Source: the human T2T-CHM13v2.0 reference genome, Homo sapiens. Taken from it: a DNA stretch of 64,000 bases. This document shows positions 28,815 to 46,099 of this stretch, one piece after another (the first letter of the stretch is position 1; every line of letters begins with the position of its first letter). Made by a program: the position numbers and the translations under genes. Location: assembly GCF_009914755.1 (NCBI RefSeq), contig NC_060925.1; one strand, given 5' to 3'. Below the pieces are notes generated by a model. It was not told where the DNA came from, did no database searches, and was given only the letters and a program-made list of their open reading frames with translations.

Positions 28815-30797
28815 AAAAGTGTTTCGATCAAGATCAACCTTATTTGTATTGGAAATGTAGTCACACTGACACCGTGTACAAAAACAGATTGATGTTGAGA
28901 AGCCAGAAGAACAGAAAAAATAAAACAAAAACAGATTTACATTTATTACAGATGGACTCTGTTTTACTCTCAAATAGAAGTGATTCCCCTCATCTCTTTA
29001 TTTCTATGCTTCCCTTCCCTTCTTCCCGCTCCATGTTCCCCTTTTCTGTGGAAGGATGGCTAATCGTCTCATCTCTGTGTCCAGAGTGAATCAGTGGAGT
29101 CCTATGGCAGTTCCTACACACAGTATTCACGTAGCACCAACAATCTGCCACTCTGTATTAGAGTTAGCTTTTCTGTGTACTGTGTATGCGTATTATAGCC
29201 CATCTAGAGTGCAAAGTTTTAGTAGACTCTATCTATTTGTACCGTATTCTCTTTAGTGGCTACTGTTCCTAAGAACAGTAGTCAGTAAACACTTGTTCAT
29301 TGACTGGATATTGTTTACTATCTCAATTTATCTTAGGAGATAATATCTCAGAACCAATCCTGAATGTGGGGGCCCCTGAACATTTCCTGTGGAGGGCTGG
29401 GAAGTGGCTTTGTTAGAAAGGAATATTCCTGGAGAATGCAGTAAAATGAAACCGACAGTCTTCCATTAAAGCAAAGGATTACAGTTTTTTTTTACAACAG
29501 AGGTGCATTTGGGGGCTATGAAAAAGATTGAGGGAGTAACAGACTCCTCAGACTGGTGAAGGACCATTGCTGGAAACCATTACTGCAGGAGTTTGCCTCA
29601 AGAAGTACTTGAAATGTCTATAGCTAATGGATTCTGAAGCAAAGGCTTGAGAATTATCTTGAATAGATTGCTGTAATGCTTAAGAAACGTCGTGAATTAA
29701 CAAAATTGCACTAAGCATTTACATTTTCAAGATCTCATCAAATGTATTGTGTTTCTTTGATGACCGTATGGCTTGGTTAACTTGTGACTTCTAATGAAGG
29801 AGGAAATTGTTGATGAATGGCTCTAAATAAAAGTCAAGGTAATGGGATGGAAACTAAAAACACCAGTAATTTTCTCTCCTAATAGCAAGCTGAATTGTGA
29901 TTACTGAACCTGCTGAGTAATGGCAATCTGTTGTGTTTAAACAACTGTGTTTGTAGATGGTACTGGTGTGTTAACAACTGACCATGCCAGTTTCTTAAAA
30001 CTGGATTTCCATCTGTGACATAGTTATAGGGGAATTTTGGCTTGGTGATTAGATTTCTGAATTTTACTGAGGGGATTTCTTCGCCTTGTCTTTTGACAAT
30101 TAATAGGGATTAAAAGTTGTTAAAATCAAAGAACTTGTCTGGCCTGCAGCTTGTTATTAGTTATGCTACCTTAAGTATTCCTTGTTTTTCTTTAATATTT
30201 ACTCAGCTGTGTCATTCTCAAGTATTTTCACTTAAGAGCATTAAAGCTGATAAACTTGAATCAGTTAGAATTAATTCTATTTCTAAAGGAGTTGACATGG
30301 TGATATAGTTTGGATAAAACCTTTTCTGTAACAAACATGATACTATGCTAGAAGTTAATATGTGATGAGGAATCTAAATAATTGGAAAAACTAGAAACAT
30401 AATTCTACCAATTTCCACCCCCCACATAACTTCTATAATGCAAAAAAAAAAAAAAAAAAAAAAGCCTTCACATAACCACAGAATTGTGAGGCACATTGGG
30501 ACCACTTGACTTCTGCCCACTCTCCTTATCCACTCCATTCCACATAGGGTCCAGGGTAAATCACAGTGACAGCTAATACCATGAACATCACAGGAAGTAG
30601 AAAGGATCAAGGTCATAGAGATGGTGGCAGCAAATAGGAAAAGGCTGACTGCACAGCCCAGCTGGACATGGTGGTCAGTGGGTGGTTCTATGCTGGTACT
30701 AAGTTCTTCCCTCCTGTTGGTCTGTACCCCAAGTCATTGGGAGCCTCAATAAGTTTAGTTTCTCTACATTCAGCTGCTTTTTCATTAGTTCGGTTGA

Positions 30798-31214
<417 letters not shown>

Positions 31215-31889
31215 GAGAGTCCGGTTTTTATTGTGCAGCCTCAGTGAGGTAAGATCCTGACCTCCTGTGTGTTATTCTCTCACACTTGCCCACATCTGGA
31301 CTTAGATTTGGATTCCACTTAGCCTTAACAGAATCATCTGCTTGCCGGTTTTACTTTATATAATTTCCATTGTTCCATTTAGGGACTTTTGATGATCTCT
31401 CAGAGATACACATTCTTCAGGGATCTTTTTCTTCTACTTGAGCAGGATGGCCTTGCATATAGAATTGTATTTAAATATACTGTGCTCTTTTTCTGGAAAA
31501 GACAAGCTTATCGTATAATCTGCAAGGCATTAAAAGTGACTCTTACCTAATACTTCTCAAGGTTGGAATCCCAGTGGAATTCTTGTTTGTGATCATCCAC
31601 AGTCACCCACAGAAGCACGATGAGCCACCACAGTAAACTTACGTGAGAAAATTGTTCTAGTCCCCAAGAATGAAAAAGGCCATTCTTGTGTCTCCTTTTT
31701 CCCGTGATTCCAGGGATTTGCTTTCTATTCTGTTATCCAATGAAATCATCTCGCTATTTCTTAGGAATATTTTCACCAGTCTGCATTGCCACCAAGTTAT
31801 AAAACAATCAGAAAACAGAGAGAAAATGTCCAATTATTTCAGAGATTGTAATTATTTGGGAGTATCTTCTCCCCAGTTTTCAGATACTG

Positions 31890-32197
31890 TTTTTTTGGTT
31901 GTTTGTTTGTTTGTTTGTTTGAGACAGTCTCACTTTGTTGCCCAGGCTGGAGTGCATTGGCGCGATCTCGGCTCACTGCAACCTCCGCCTCCCAGGTTCA
32001 AGCAATTCTCTGCCTCAGCCTCCCAAGTAACTGGGATTACAGGTGCCCACCACCACGCCCAGCTAATTTTTGTATTTTTAGTAGAGATGAGGTTTCACCA
32101 TGTTGGCCAGGCTGCTCTTGAACTCCTGACCTCGTGATCCACCTACCTCAGCCTCCCAAAGTGCTGGGATCACAGGCATGAGCCACTGCACCTGGCC
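31890..32197 (-). mobile_element. Alu (AluS-like)
   Basis: Reverse dimer, TSD CAGATACTGTTTT. Confidence 0.93.
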
Positions 32198-32223
32198 CAG
32201 ATACTGTTTTAATGATGTTTTAA

Positions 32224-32558
<335 letters not shown>

Positions 32559-32819
32559 TCCTGGTAGTGCTTTTTAAAGGGATCCCTGGATTTATCATAC
32601 AACCACATTAGAGCGATTCTTCACCATACAAAATAACTTACCAAAGAGGTTTTCCTACCTAATAACTTCATTGTACTTTTGAAATCACCATACATAAAAT
32701 TTACTTATTTATCAAAAAAAGGCTCTAAGACTTTTAATAATGGAAAAAACATTTTTGAAAATCAGAAGGTGTGCTTATTTGAAACCAAATGTTGATACCT
32801 GGAAGCTTTGTGTAGTCAT

Positions 32820-33470
<651 letters not shown>

Positions 33471-33837
33471 GTGAAATAATTTTAAAATAAACCTTGCTAC
33501 CTAGAGGTTTCTCTCACAAATGGAAAAGTCCATGTGAGCTGGAATTCATTCTAACCATGTAGATTAAAAGAAAATATCAAATTCATTAGCTCAAAATGGT
33601 TTCTCTTCATTCTGTCTGCATGATGTGCTTTCAAGAGAAAAAGAACTGATGGGTCATTGTGCCCGGTTATCTTATAAAACATTAATGATTATCGACTTAA
33701 TATTCTGACCAAAATTATGAACCAGGAAAGTGAGATTTTAAATCTTGCAGCAATCCAGATGGCATAAGCTAAATCACAGATAAGAAAAATCTCTGTAGCA
33801 CTGTCAAGGTTATGGAAGAAAATTAAGATACAATGAC

Positions 33838-34181
33838 TGCTGTAGACTATTTGCGTGCCCCCCCAAAATGTATGCATACTAAAATGATGGTATTTAGAAG
33901 TGGGGCCTTTGGGAGGTGATTAAGTCATGAGGGTTGAGCTCTCATGAATGGGATTAGTGCCCTTATAAAAGAGACTGCAGAGAGCTCCTTCGTCTCTTCT
34001 CCATATGAGGACCCAGAGAGAAGATGGCAGTCTATGAACCAGGAAGTGGGCCTTCACCAGACACAGAATCTGGCACGTTGATCTTGGACTCCCGGCCTCC
34101 AGAACTGTGAGAAATAAATATTTGTTGTTTAAGCTATGTGGTCTGTGGTATTTCTGTTATAGCAGCCCAGACAGAAGGACA
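33838..34181 (+). mobile_element. MaLR LTR (MLT1A/MST-like)
   Basis: GGGCCTTTGGGAGGTGATT...GGGATTAGTGCCCTTATAAAAGAGAC...CCAGAACTGTGAGAAATAAAT. Confidence 0.85.
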
Positions 34182-34429
34182 GTGATTTTCCTTAGGTGTC
34201 TTTGGTATAGCACCCTACAGCCATGACTTCCCGCATCATTCTATGCGGTCACCTCTGAAGTGCTTCTGACCAGAATTGGCTTAGGATTCTCTACACCTCA
34301 GCCTGCTGCATAAGATATCTATGCCACCTGCATTTCCCCATGTAAAAAACATAGCTCTGATATCATGTTTTGAGTGACAGTTAAAAAATCCCCTTACTGT
34401 CCTGAAAAGTTGCATACAATTCTTAATCC

Positions 34430-34724
34430 TTTTTTTTTTTTTTTTGAGACAGAGTCTCACTCTGTTGCCCCAGCTGGAGTGCAGTGTGCAATCTTGGCTC
34501 ACTGCAACCTCCATCTCCTGGGTTCAAATGATTCTTCTGCCTCAGCCTCCTGAGTAGCTGGGATTACAGGCACGCGCCATCACGCCCGGCTAAATTTTGT
34601 ATTTTTAGCAGAGACAGGGTTTCACCATGTTGATCAGGCTGGTCTCAAACTCCTGACCTCATGATCTGCCTGCTTCGGCCTCCCAAGGTGCTGGGATTAC
34701 AGGCATGAGCCACCACACCCGGCC
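34430..34724 (-). mobile_element. Alu (AluS-like)
   Basis: Reverse dimer, TSD TTCTTAATC. Confidence 0.92.
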
Positions 34725-35240
34725 CTTTCTTAATCATTTTTTAATGGAAACCTACTAATGTGTTCTTGTTTGTTAATTTCTATGATGTGGAGGAATAGAC
34801 ACTCCCCTGCCACTAGAGATAAGTAAAGGGTAGACAACCACTTCGCAGGGATGTTATAGGGGTTTTAGGCATCAAAATGAATGACTGGGCCACATAGGTT
34901 TTAAGAGTTTTTCAACCTCGACTTTCTTGATTCCACCTAAAAAATGGAGCTGTACTGAGCTTTTTTCCAACCAACCAACAAACGAAAGCACTTTTTCTAA
35001 CCTATTTGAAACATTTTAGAATAATCCCATTTTATTTTTAGTATGAACATAGGTGTCAGCAACTCAGTAAGTGGCCCGTTGTCTTGTCCTCCCACATTCA
35101 ATAGTTTGAACTGGATTGAGTGAATGGGACCATCAGTAGTCACAGTCTTCACAGTCACGAAGTAAACTAGACTAGATTACATATAATAATGCCCAGAAAA
35201 CGGGAATGTAGTATACTTAAAAAAAAAAAATAGCAAGTGA

Positions 35241-35612
<372 letters not shown>

Positions 35613-35864
35613 TTATTGTGGGGTTATTTTAATATAATTGATTACTAAAGAAATATTTTAAAGTATCTGGATATTAGTGTCATAAATAACTATTTGGAAG
35701 AAACGTCATTGGACTGTCCTGGGATATCAGTACACCATTTCTTCCAACATTCATAGCACCAGCATTAGCAACATTAGGACTTTGCAGATTTTGAAGACAA
35801 TCTTTTCATCCCAGAGTGAGTGTCTCATCCATCACTGTCATTATGTTTAAAATATAAGTATGTT

Positions 35865-36180
<316 letters not shown>

Positions 36181-36376
36181 AATAATATGCTGTACTATAT
36201 TTGCCACTTTTATAGGATTTTCTGTGTTGCGAATGAGCATTTGAATCAATTTTTCCTTTTTAAATTAAAAAAAGAAAAACAAACTGAGACTTGTTTTAAA
36301 TGAGTCCTTCCCATCCCCCCCAATTTTTTCTTCTTCTTCCACATGGATTCTCATCTGTAAGTACTTCCTATGCTGA

Positions 36377-36731
<355 letters not shown>

Positions 36732-36902
36732 AGGAAAGAATTTTTTATGAAGACGTAATCCTTCAGGTGAGGGTTCAAGTATGAGGCAATGGTCTTTGAT
36801 TTTCCTTCCTTCAGATCAATCAAAATTTTTAAAGTGAATAAAATGACCATAAGTCAATTAGGGTAATATTATTTACATACTTTTTTAAAAAATAAAAGTT
36901 GA

Positions 36903-37199
36903 GGCTGGGCATAGTGGCTAATACCTGTACTCTCAGTGCTGTGGGAGGCTGAGGCAGGAAGATCACTTGAGCCCAGGAGCTAGAGACCAGCCTGGGCAAT
37001 ATAGCAAGACTGCGTCTCTACAAAATTTTGAAAATTAGCCGCGTGTGATGGTACGTGCCTATAGCCAAGCGACTCAGGAGGCTGAAGTGGGAGGACTGCT
37101 TGAGCCCAGAGGTTCATGGCTGCAGTGAGCCATGATCACACCACTGAACTCCAGCCTGGGTGACAGAGCAAAACCCTGTCTCAAAAAATAAATAAAAAA
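36903..37199 (+). mobile_element. AluJ-like
   Basis: Dimer, TSD AAAAGTTGA. Confidence 0.9.
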
Positions 37200-37348
37200 T
37201 TGTTAAAAGTTGAACGATGATTAAAAACTACATATGGCATTTGTATGCATGTGGATAAGATCTGGTTAGAAAACATGGACAAATGAAATCAGTTTGATAT
37301 GCTTGCAAAAATGTGGGTACATTTTAAATGTTTATTTAAATGTACATT

Positions 37349-37689
37349 TGTTGGAGGCACAAATGTTTCTTATGATTAGGCATAATTGAAGCCTGTCAGT
37401 AACAATATGAACAATTAAGCAGCTGACCAATCATTACCTCCTCCTCCCTGCTCCTGTTACCCAATAAATAGGAAGAGCTGTAGAAGCTTGGGGGACTGTC
37501 TTTACTCACTAGAAGCAGGGAGCTCTCTTCTTCTTCCTCATGCTAGTCTTTCCTTAAAATAGTTACTTTTGTTTTAAGTTATCATTTCTACGTTCGTCTC
37601 TTCGTTCAGTCGTAACGATGGTCTCAAGCAGTAACAGTAGTAATTGCTCTAGTGACGGTCTCAAGTAGCAGTAGTGGCAGTCAGCCACA
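37349..37689 (+). mobile_element. ERVL solo LTR (LTR18-like)
   Basis: TG...GGTCTCAAGTAGCAGTAGTGGCAGTCAGCCACA; flanking duplication TACATT. Confidence 0.75.
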
Positions 37690-38643
37690 TACATTTATAT
37701 AGCTACCTTATCTGTGACGTAAAGTTAGTGATGACACTGAATATCTACAGCGAGAGATAAAGATAGGATGGGAACAGGTATGCATGTGTATATGTGTGAC
37801 CAAATGTTTTCAAACTGAGTTATCTTTTAAGTATTATATCTATATGCCCTTTGCCTGTTCTTAAAACTTTACTACCAACTCTCTAGGAAACAGTCCTAAG
37901 TTCAGATTTTCAGAACTTGGGAAGTCTCTGGAAAAGATTTATTAAAGTGGCAATTTGATAAGACTTACTAAAGGGACTTAAGGAACGCTAGTCCTGATAA
38001 TGCTTAGTGTCTACTGGGATTTTTCTTTTCATGGGAAGTTGGGCCCTTTGGGGAAAGTAGAAAGAAGACTTTGTTCAGTAAAAGAAAAGAATAGTGATGC
38101 TACTTACTGGTAACCCGTCTATAGGAAACCAAACTTACAGTCCTTTTTCTACCACCAAGTGACTCGAGTCAAGTCATCTAACCTTTCTTTTTAGATATCC
38201 TCATCTGTAAAGTGAGTGCAATAATTCTTGCCTTCCTTAAGCCTTATAAAGCTGATGTACAAGTAAAATGAAATAATAGCATTTGGTGGTACTGACTCCT
38301 TGCTATTTCCAGGCAATTTTCCTTTCATTTCAAGGTTCATCCAAGCTTCACTGGATGATCCAACTTCATAATAAAAGGACTATAAATGGAACCATAGTTT
38401 GGATTGTGAATTGCAAAAATAAACCCAGATGTCAAAACCTTAATGTCCACGAAGGCAAGGACAGGGTCTATTTGGTCACAACTGAATGCTCAGCCCCAGG
38501 CCAGGAGACTAACACATAAGTAGTCAGTTTACAGATATTTGTCAAATGGACATGCAGATTGGCCTGCATGGTTATCTCTATGGAGAAACTAGCTCTGAGA
38601 AGGTAGCCCATGCTTAGGGTATGAATGCAGTACTAAATATTCT

Positions 38644-38937
<294 letters not shown>

Positions 38938-38953
38938 GGAAAGTTGTTTGTTC

Positions 38954-39216
38954 TTTTTCTTTTCTTTTTTTTTTTTTTGGGTGCCATCTCAGCTCACTGC
39001 AACCTCTGCCTCCTGGGTTCAAGCGATTCTCCTGCCCCAGCCTCCGGAGTAGCTGGGACTACAGGCACGTACCACCACGCCCAGCTAATTTTTGTATTAG
39101 TAGAGACGGGGTTTCATCATGTTGGCCAGGGTGGTCTCGATCTCTTGACCTCGTGATCTGCCTGCCTTGGCCTCCCAAAGTGCTGGGATTACAGGCGTGA
39201 GCCCCTGTACCCGCGC
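38954..39216 (-). mobile_element. Alu with a deletion near its 3' end
   Basis: Poly(T) joins directly to GGTGCCATCTCAGCTCAC. Confidence 0.9.
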
Positions 39217-40028
39217 AGTGTTCAATATTCTACGAGCTGTAGAAGGCAGCCGGACAGGGAGGGATTTGGAAAGTATATACTAATGGCTCTCTACTTGCTT
39301 GCTTAAGCAGTATTCTATGTTGTCTTTGAAGTCTACATATCCATAAATGTGGATATGAATGTGGGTAGAGATTATTCAAAACAGCAATATGTTACTTGAT
39401 TTGCTACATAGAATTAAGGAAATCATTGGCTCTTCAAATGTTACAGGTAGGTAGTTCACAGACAGCATTAACAGTAATATCAGTTAAAGTGTTTGCTGGA
39501 TGAACTGTGGTCTTTGTTGTTGTGTTTGTAGTGAGGACAGCTCCCTAGAAGACTCAGACCCAAGTAATCTTGGTTATAAGTTCCTTTGGATAGATCACTG
39601 TTCTTGGTTCATTCAGTTCTGGTTATAGGTCCTCATGACAATTCTCTCTCTTTAATAGATTATATAGCTACATCATAAAAGATGGGCTGAATGAACCTCC
39701 TTATAATGATTTAAAATTTTTCATTTCTGGGTCATTTCGTAAAAAGTTCTTTCTCTCTCTCAGGAGCCAGACACAAATATGTAGTACCCTTGAAGCAAAT
39801 ATTCCCTCCACCTGAGAAGAAAAGGGGAAAAATGGGAATGAGGAAAAGGAATGATTACACTTCAAAATTTGAACAAAATCTGATCCTGGCATTGATTGTT
39901 CTGAGCTGAGCCTTGCCAGAAGGCCTGGGAACTCTACTACCCGCTGCTGTCTTGAATGCAGGCTTATAAACAGCTAGATTCTATGATGGCTTACAACAAT
40001 TTATTCAACCAAAAATTACGGTAATTTA

Positions 40029-40404
<376 letters not shown>

Positions 40405-40807
40405 TCATCATTTACTCTTATTTTTCATAAGTCCATCTATGAGGTTTAGAAATTTCATATTTGTATTTTTTCCTAACCAATATTTGCTGAGGGTTAACAA
40501 ATTTTCACCCACAAAGAAGTTCTCTGTTAAAAAACACTGGTTCAATTTTAAAATTGTAATAGTTGCCCAGATAAGAACTAATTTAATAATTATATTGGAC
40601 CAATGTTCTATATTTGTTGAAGCAGCTTGTGTTATTTTTACAGCTTTAAGAGAATTTGTTTTACCTAAGAAGAATGGATTATCATTTTATTGTTAGTTTA
40701 AGTTGCAATATAACCCTTCAGTCCCTGGCAACACGGAAATTACTTTTTAATGCCTCGTTTTCCAAATAAATACATCCAAATAATTTCACATTTAAATCAT
40801 AATTTCA

Positions 40808-41107
<300 letters not shown>

Positions 41108-41266
41108 CCCATAATTTTAAAATCGCTACTCCTTTTTGTATAGCATTTCTCAAAATCACACACACACATATATGCACCATGGATACATTATAGTTCCCAT
41201 GTGTACATGGATACATGTGGTTTCTTTGATATTCCTAGAAAAGACTCTCTCTGATGGAAATACCAG

Positions 41267-42207
41267 ATCCTTTTGTAGCTCATAAGCATGATGATTGAGG
41301 TTTCACACACATTAATGAAATGTGCCTCCCTCAGACTGATAGGGACAGGAGGCAGGGAAATTCTGGGCAGAAGAGAGTGGGTCCCTGGCCAGGGCCCCTC
41401 CCTTAAGCCTGGAACTGCAGCCCAAAGTGAGAACTGACATCTCTGTTTTCCCACTCAAATGTTGCCTTTTCCAAAACCACCCATGGCCCGTTCCACCCCC
41501 AATCCTGTGCCTATAAAAACCCCAGACTCTGTGGGCAGAGAAGAGGAGAAGCAGCTGGATGTCGCAGACTACGGCTGAACATCAGACAGAAGTGGCTTAA
41601 CTTCAGAGGGACAGCTTGACCGTATAGCTTTGGAGAGGCGTCTAGCTGAGGGCGGCCAGACTCTGGGGGAAGATTACCTTCCTGCTCCATCCCCTTTTCA
41701 GCTCCCCTTCCTGCTGAGAGCTGCTTTCATCGGCAATAAAATCCCCTGCATTTACCATCTCCAATTTGTTTGTGTGACCTCATTCCTTCTGGATGCTGGA
41801 CAAGAACTCAGGTATGGGTGTGAAAGGCTGTCACACTGACGCTCCGCCGAGCTGTTAACACTTAAGCTGTCTGTGGAGAGCAAAGCTAAAAGAGCACTGA
41901 CTGTAACACTCCTTCTGGGGCTTCAGGGGTTGTGGGCACACCCCTAGAGGCTGCCATGGGGCAGTATAAAGTTCGTTCCTGCCGGCGCCCAAAAGCAGTC
42001 ACCCTGGCTCCAGCACCTGCTCACCTGCATGCTCCCTCCTGGGAGAGGTTGAGTGCAGTGGGTTCAAGTGAGTGGAGTTCACCCCTGCTGGCGTGGAAGT
42101 AGCCAGCTAGTTCCAGCAGCTGCACTCCAGTTCCTGCTCACGAAGGGGTCAGGGAAACTTGCTGATTCAAAACTTTGTTTCTACATCAGCACATTACCCA
42201 CCTGACA
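41267..42207 (+). pseudogene. U13 (SNORD13) snoRNA retropseudogene split by an LTR (parts 41267-41336 and 42170-42207)
   Basis: ATCCTTTTGTAGCTCATAAGCATGATGATTG (box C ATGATGA)...TGTGCCTCCCTC resumes after the LTR as AACTTTGTTTCTACATCAGCACATTACCCACCTGAC (box D CTGA). Confidence 0.88.
41337..42169 (+). mobile_element. ERV1 solo LTR (LTR1 family) inside the U13 pseudogene
   Basis: TGATAGGGACAGGAGGCAGGGAAATTCTGGG...TTCA; CCTATAAAAACCCC TATA and AATAAA; 4-nt TSD AGAC/AAAC. Confidence 0.82.
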
Positions 42208-42879
42208 TTAAAATATATATATACTGAAGAAAAGAGCATACGAATTTAATATTAATCTATTGGAAACATTCTTTCTGCTTTCATGCCCATTTTTACACCT
42301 GTGGAAATGGAGGTGGGAGAAATCATCACAGGAGGAGGCCCTGGGACAACAGCCAAGCCAATTCGTTAGGAAACAAACAAAGCTAGTCCCGGCACCTGGG
42401 TTTTTCCCTCTCCCTCTTCTGGGCCTGGAGTGAGAAGTGGGAGGGGATCTGCCTCTAGGCTGGAGTTGTAAGGGTGGGCAGCACATCCTGCTTCTCCCTC
42501 ATTCCAACTAGAAATTGGCCAGGACATAAGTCTCTGTTGCCTCTGTAGACTCTGACCACCCCTCTCCCAAGAAGGAGTACAAATAAGGGCAACAGACACT
42601 CTAGAGGGACTCTGATCCTGAATGATAAGCCCATGGTCTAAACTTACCAAATACCTGGGGCAAGCCGACACTGGAGAACAGAAAATAAAGGGAATTACTT
42701 ACTCAGGAGAAAAGAGAGTTAATAGAGCAAACAAGGCAGGGCTTTATATATTTAAAAAGTATATAGTCTCCAAATTTAAGAGAATACATTACTTACATGA
42801 AAGGCTATTACGTATTTTTAAAACATTTAGGGATCTTGGAAATGAAATGCCTAGTTGTTCAAAAATCATTTTCGGCCAA

Positions 42880-43545
42880 CAGATGAATACATCCACTAAA
42901 TATGGTATACAATGGAATATTTTTCAGGCTTAAAAAGGAAAGAATTTCTTTCTTCTTCTTTTTTTTTTTTTTTTTTTTTTTTGAGACAGTGTCTTGCTCT
43001 GTCACCCAGGCTAGAGTGCAGTGGTGCTACCACTCCCAGCTAATTTTTATTTTTTTATTTTTTGTAGAGACAGGATTGCTGTATTTCCCAGGCTGGTCTC
43101 CAACTCCTGGGCTCAAGTAATCCTCCTGCCTTGGCCTCCCGAAGTGCTGGGATTATAGGCGTGAGCCACTGCACCGGGCCAAGGAAAGAGATTCTGAAGT
43201 ATGCCACAACATGGATAAACCTGGAGGACATTATGCTAAGTTAAATAAGGCAGACACAAAAGGACAAATATTGTATGATTCCACTTATATGAGATACCTA
43301 GAATAGGCAAACACATAGAGACAGAAAGTGTAACAAAGATTAGCTGTGGCTGGGAAGAGAAAGGAGTGGGGAGTTATTGTTTTGGGTGCAGAGTTTCTGT
43401 TTGAGATGATAAAAGGTTCTGGGAATGAATAGTGGTGATGGTTGCACAATAGTATGAATGTACTTAATGCCACTGAATTGTACACTTAAAATAGTTAAAA
43501 TGATACATTTTATGTTATGCATATTTTACCACAATTAAAAAAAAA
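42880..43545 (+). mobile_element. L1MB 3' end with an internally deleted Alu (42946-43180, minus strand)
   Basis: ACAACATGGATAAACCTGGAGGACATTATGCTAAG...GCCACTGAATTGTACACTTAAAA. Confidence 0.85.
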
Positions 43546-43554
43546 TCACTTTGG

Positions 43555-43720
43555 GGCCTGGCGTGGTGGCTCACACCTGTAATCCCAGCACCTTGGGAGG
43601 ATGAGACGGGAAGATCCCTTGAGGCCAGGAGTTCAAGACCAGCCTGGTCAAATAGTAAGACCCCATTTCTATAAAAAGGAGAAGAAGAAGGATAAGGAGA
43701 AGGAGAAGGAAGAAGAAGTT
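43555..43720 (+). mobile_element. FLAM-like monomer with GA-rich tail
   Basis: Single left arm followed by (GAA/GAG)n. Confidence 0.8.
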
Positions 43721-44835
43721 TTACATAGAAGAATGAGAATAGCAGCTGAAGAATTTCACCCCAAAGTTAAGAGGCAAAGTGGATACAACTAAAAGTTCTA
43801 ATACTGGGGCTCATGCATTTCATTGACTTCATTGTCCTCCTGCCTCATCAACTTCTCCCCCAGAGAAATTACGTTAAGGGGCCTAATTCAGTCCCACCCC
43901 CATCCCAACTTATACCCAGCAATAGGTTCCAGCCAGCAGCACTGGCCCTGCTGGGTGCCTGGACTGGAGCCTGGGCTTGTGCCTTGGCCAACACATGTGC
44001 CTCCAAGGAGCGCTCTAAGAAGCCCAGACCCAACAGCAGCCCCTCAGCACCCCCTGCAGTCTCCAGTAAGATGTGGACATCTGCACGGCTCAGGCTGTCC
44101 CCATCTAGAGCACAGGTCTCAGAAAATGAAAGACAAGAATTAGTCGATTACTCCAAAGCACATGAAAAATCCCCCTCCAACTGCTAGTAGCCCTCGGTGA
44201 AGGCCCCAAAGCTCAATGCCCTCACTTCCTCCTTCATGCCCAAACCTGCTTCTTTGCCCTGGGCCAGGGCCCTGCAGTGGCTTGTCTTGCACTGTGGTGT
44301 TTGGAGTCTTGTCTTGGGTCTCCAGGTCACCCAGTGGAGTATGCAATGTAGCAACCAGAGGAAGCAGCCCTGGGTAGTAAGCAGGGGCAGGAGCTTAGCC
44401 TCCAGGGTAGCCCATGACCTTGGGGCTCAAAAAGGGTGAGAATCAAGCAGCCTTTAAAGCAAAGCAAGAGGGAGAGGCAGGCCGAATGTGACTCTCCCCT
44501 CAGCCTGCGAAAACAGTCACAGCCTACTCACCTAAACGTGCCCAGATTTACCTGTCCACAGAGTCTGACTGCCCCACTGAAACGCTAGTTACCACCTGTT
44601 ATTAATGGACTCCAGAGGCCTGAGTGAACCTGCTTCGTGAGAAGCCTAGTCCCAGGCCTGGTTAAACCCAGCAAGTGCAGGTTGTCCACAGCTTTTACTG
44701 CTTTGAACTGATTTGGGGGAGAAGTACCTTTCTGTATCAACCCAATAAAATGATCCTTTTATTCCACTTTCCTCCTTTATTTATTAAATGCAGTTGTGCA
44801 GTTGAAGGTGCACTGTGCGGGCTGTCAATCTCAGT

Positions 44836-45210
44836 AAGAGCTAACGTCTGAGCGTTTCCTCTGTGCCAGGCTTTATGGCGAAGGCTTTTCATGGATCACA
44901 TCCTCAGAACAACAGTGTGATGAAGCAAGGGCTGCTCTCCCTTTTATTTTAGACATGAGGAAACTGAAGCTCAGAAATAGTTCACAATACCCTAAACTAA
45001 CAGGCAACAACAGGCAATGTAGGATATGGCTCCATAGAATTCGATTCCAGGGACCTGGGCCCATCCACTGATGTATATGGGCTTGGAGTCTAGTTTTCAT
45101 TCTGTTGCTAACTCACTGGGTGACATTGTGCAAGTCAGTCATCTGTCACGGCCTTGGTTTCCTTATCTGTAAATAAATTATCACATTAAGCTGCTTTTAG
45201 CTGAGGTTTT
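44836..45210. mobile_element. Two MIR fragments in opposite orientations
   Basis: ATGAGGAAACTGAAGCTCAGA (reverse core) and TTTCCTTATCTGTAAA (forward core). Confidence 0.65.
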
Positions 45211-45733
45211 ATGACTATTACTGAGCACCTGCTGTTTAGAAGGCCTTCGCTGATAGAGAGATGTCGAACTGCTGTAAGTGTTTTTGGGTGAACTTTTTGC
45301 TGTACATTAATTTTGCAAGGCCATTCAGCTCAGGAGTCCTCTTTCAATTTCTAGGCTTTACTGACGGTTTATTACCCAGTCTCAAATTTATTCTACCGCA
45401 TCCCCAAACAAGCACCAAGTGAAAAGCTTTTCATTTTCTCCACTAAAAGAACAAAACTTTTAATTAATATTTGGAATCCACTGTCTCTGGAGAGACTCTT
45501 TTACCCCCGCCCTCTGGGTTATAGGACCTATACCAGCTTTGCCTTATTAACGTTCATCTATTGACTTGAACCTGCTTTCCTCTTTAGAGAATCAGTCTTG
45601 ATCATTTAGAAGGCTATTGACCTAAAATTACCTCCATTGATTTCTATAATATACTGGATTCAGATGCAACCAGGATTTGCAGCAAAACATGGTTATATAT
45701 AAACTTATATTGAACTTATAAGTTACATTGAAC

Positions 45734-46057
<324 letters not shown>

Positions 46058-46099
46058 CTAACATAGAACAATCAGATAAACCCAACATCATATAAGAAC

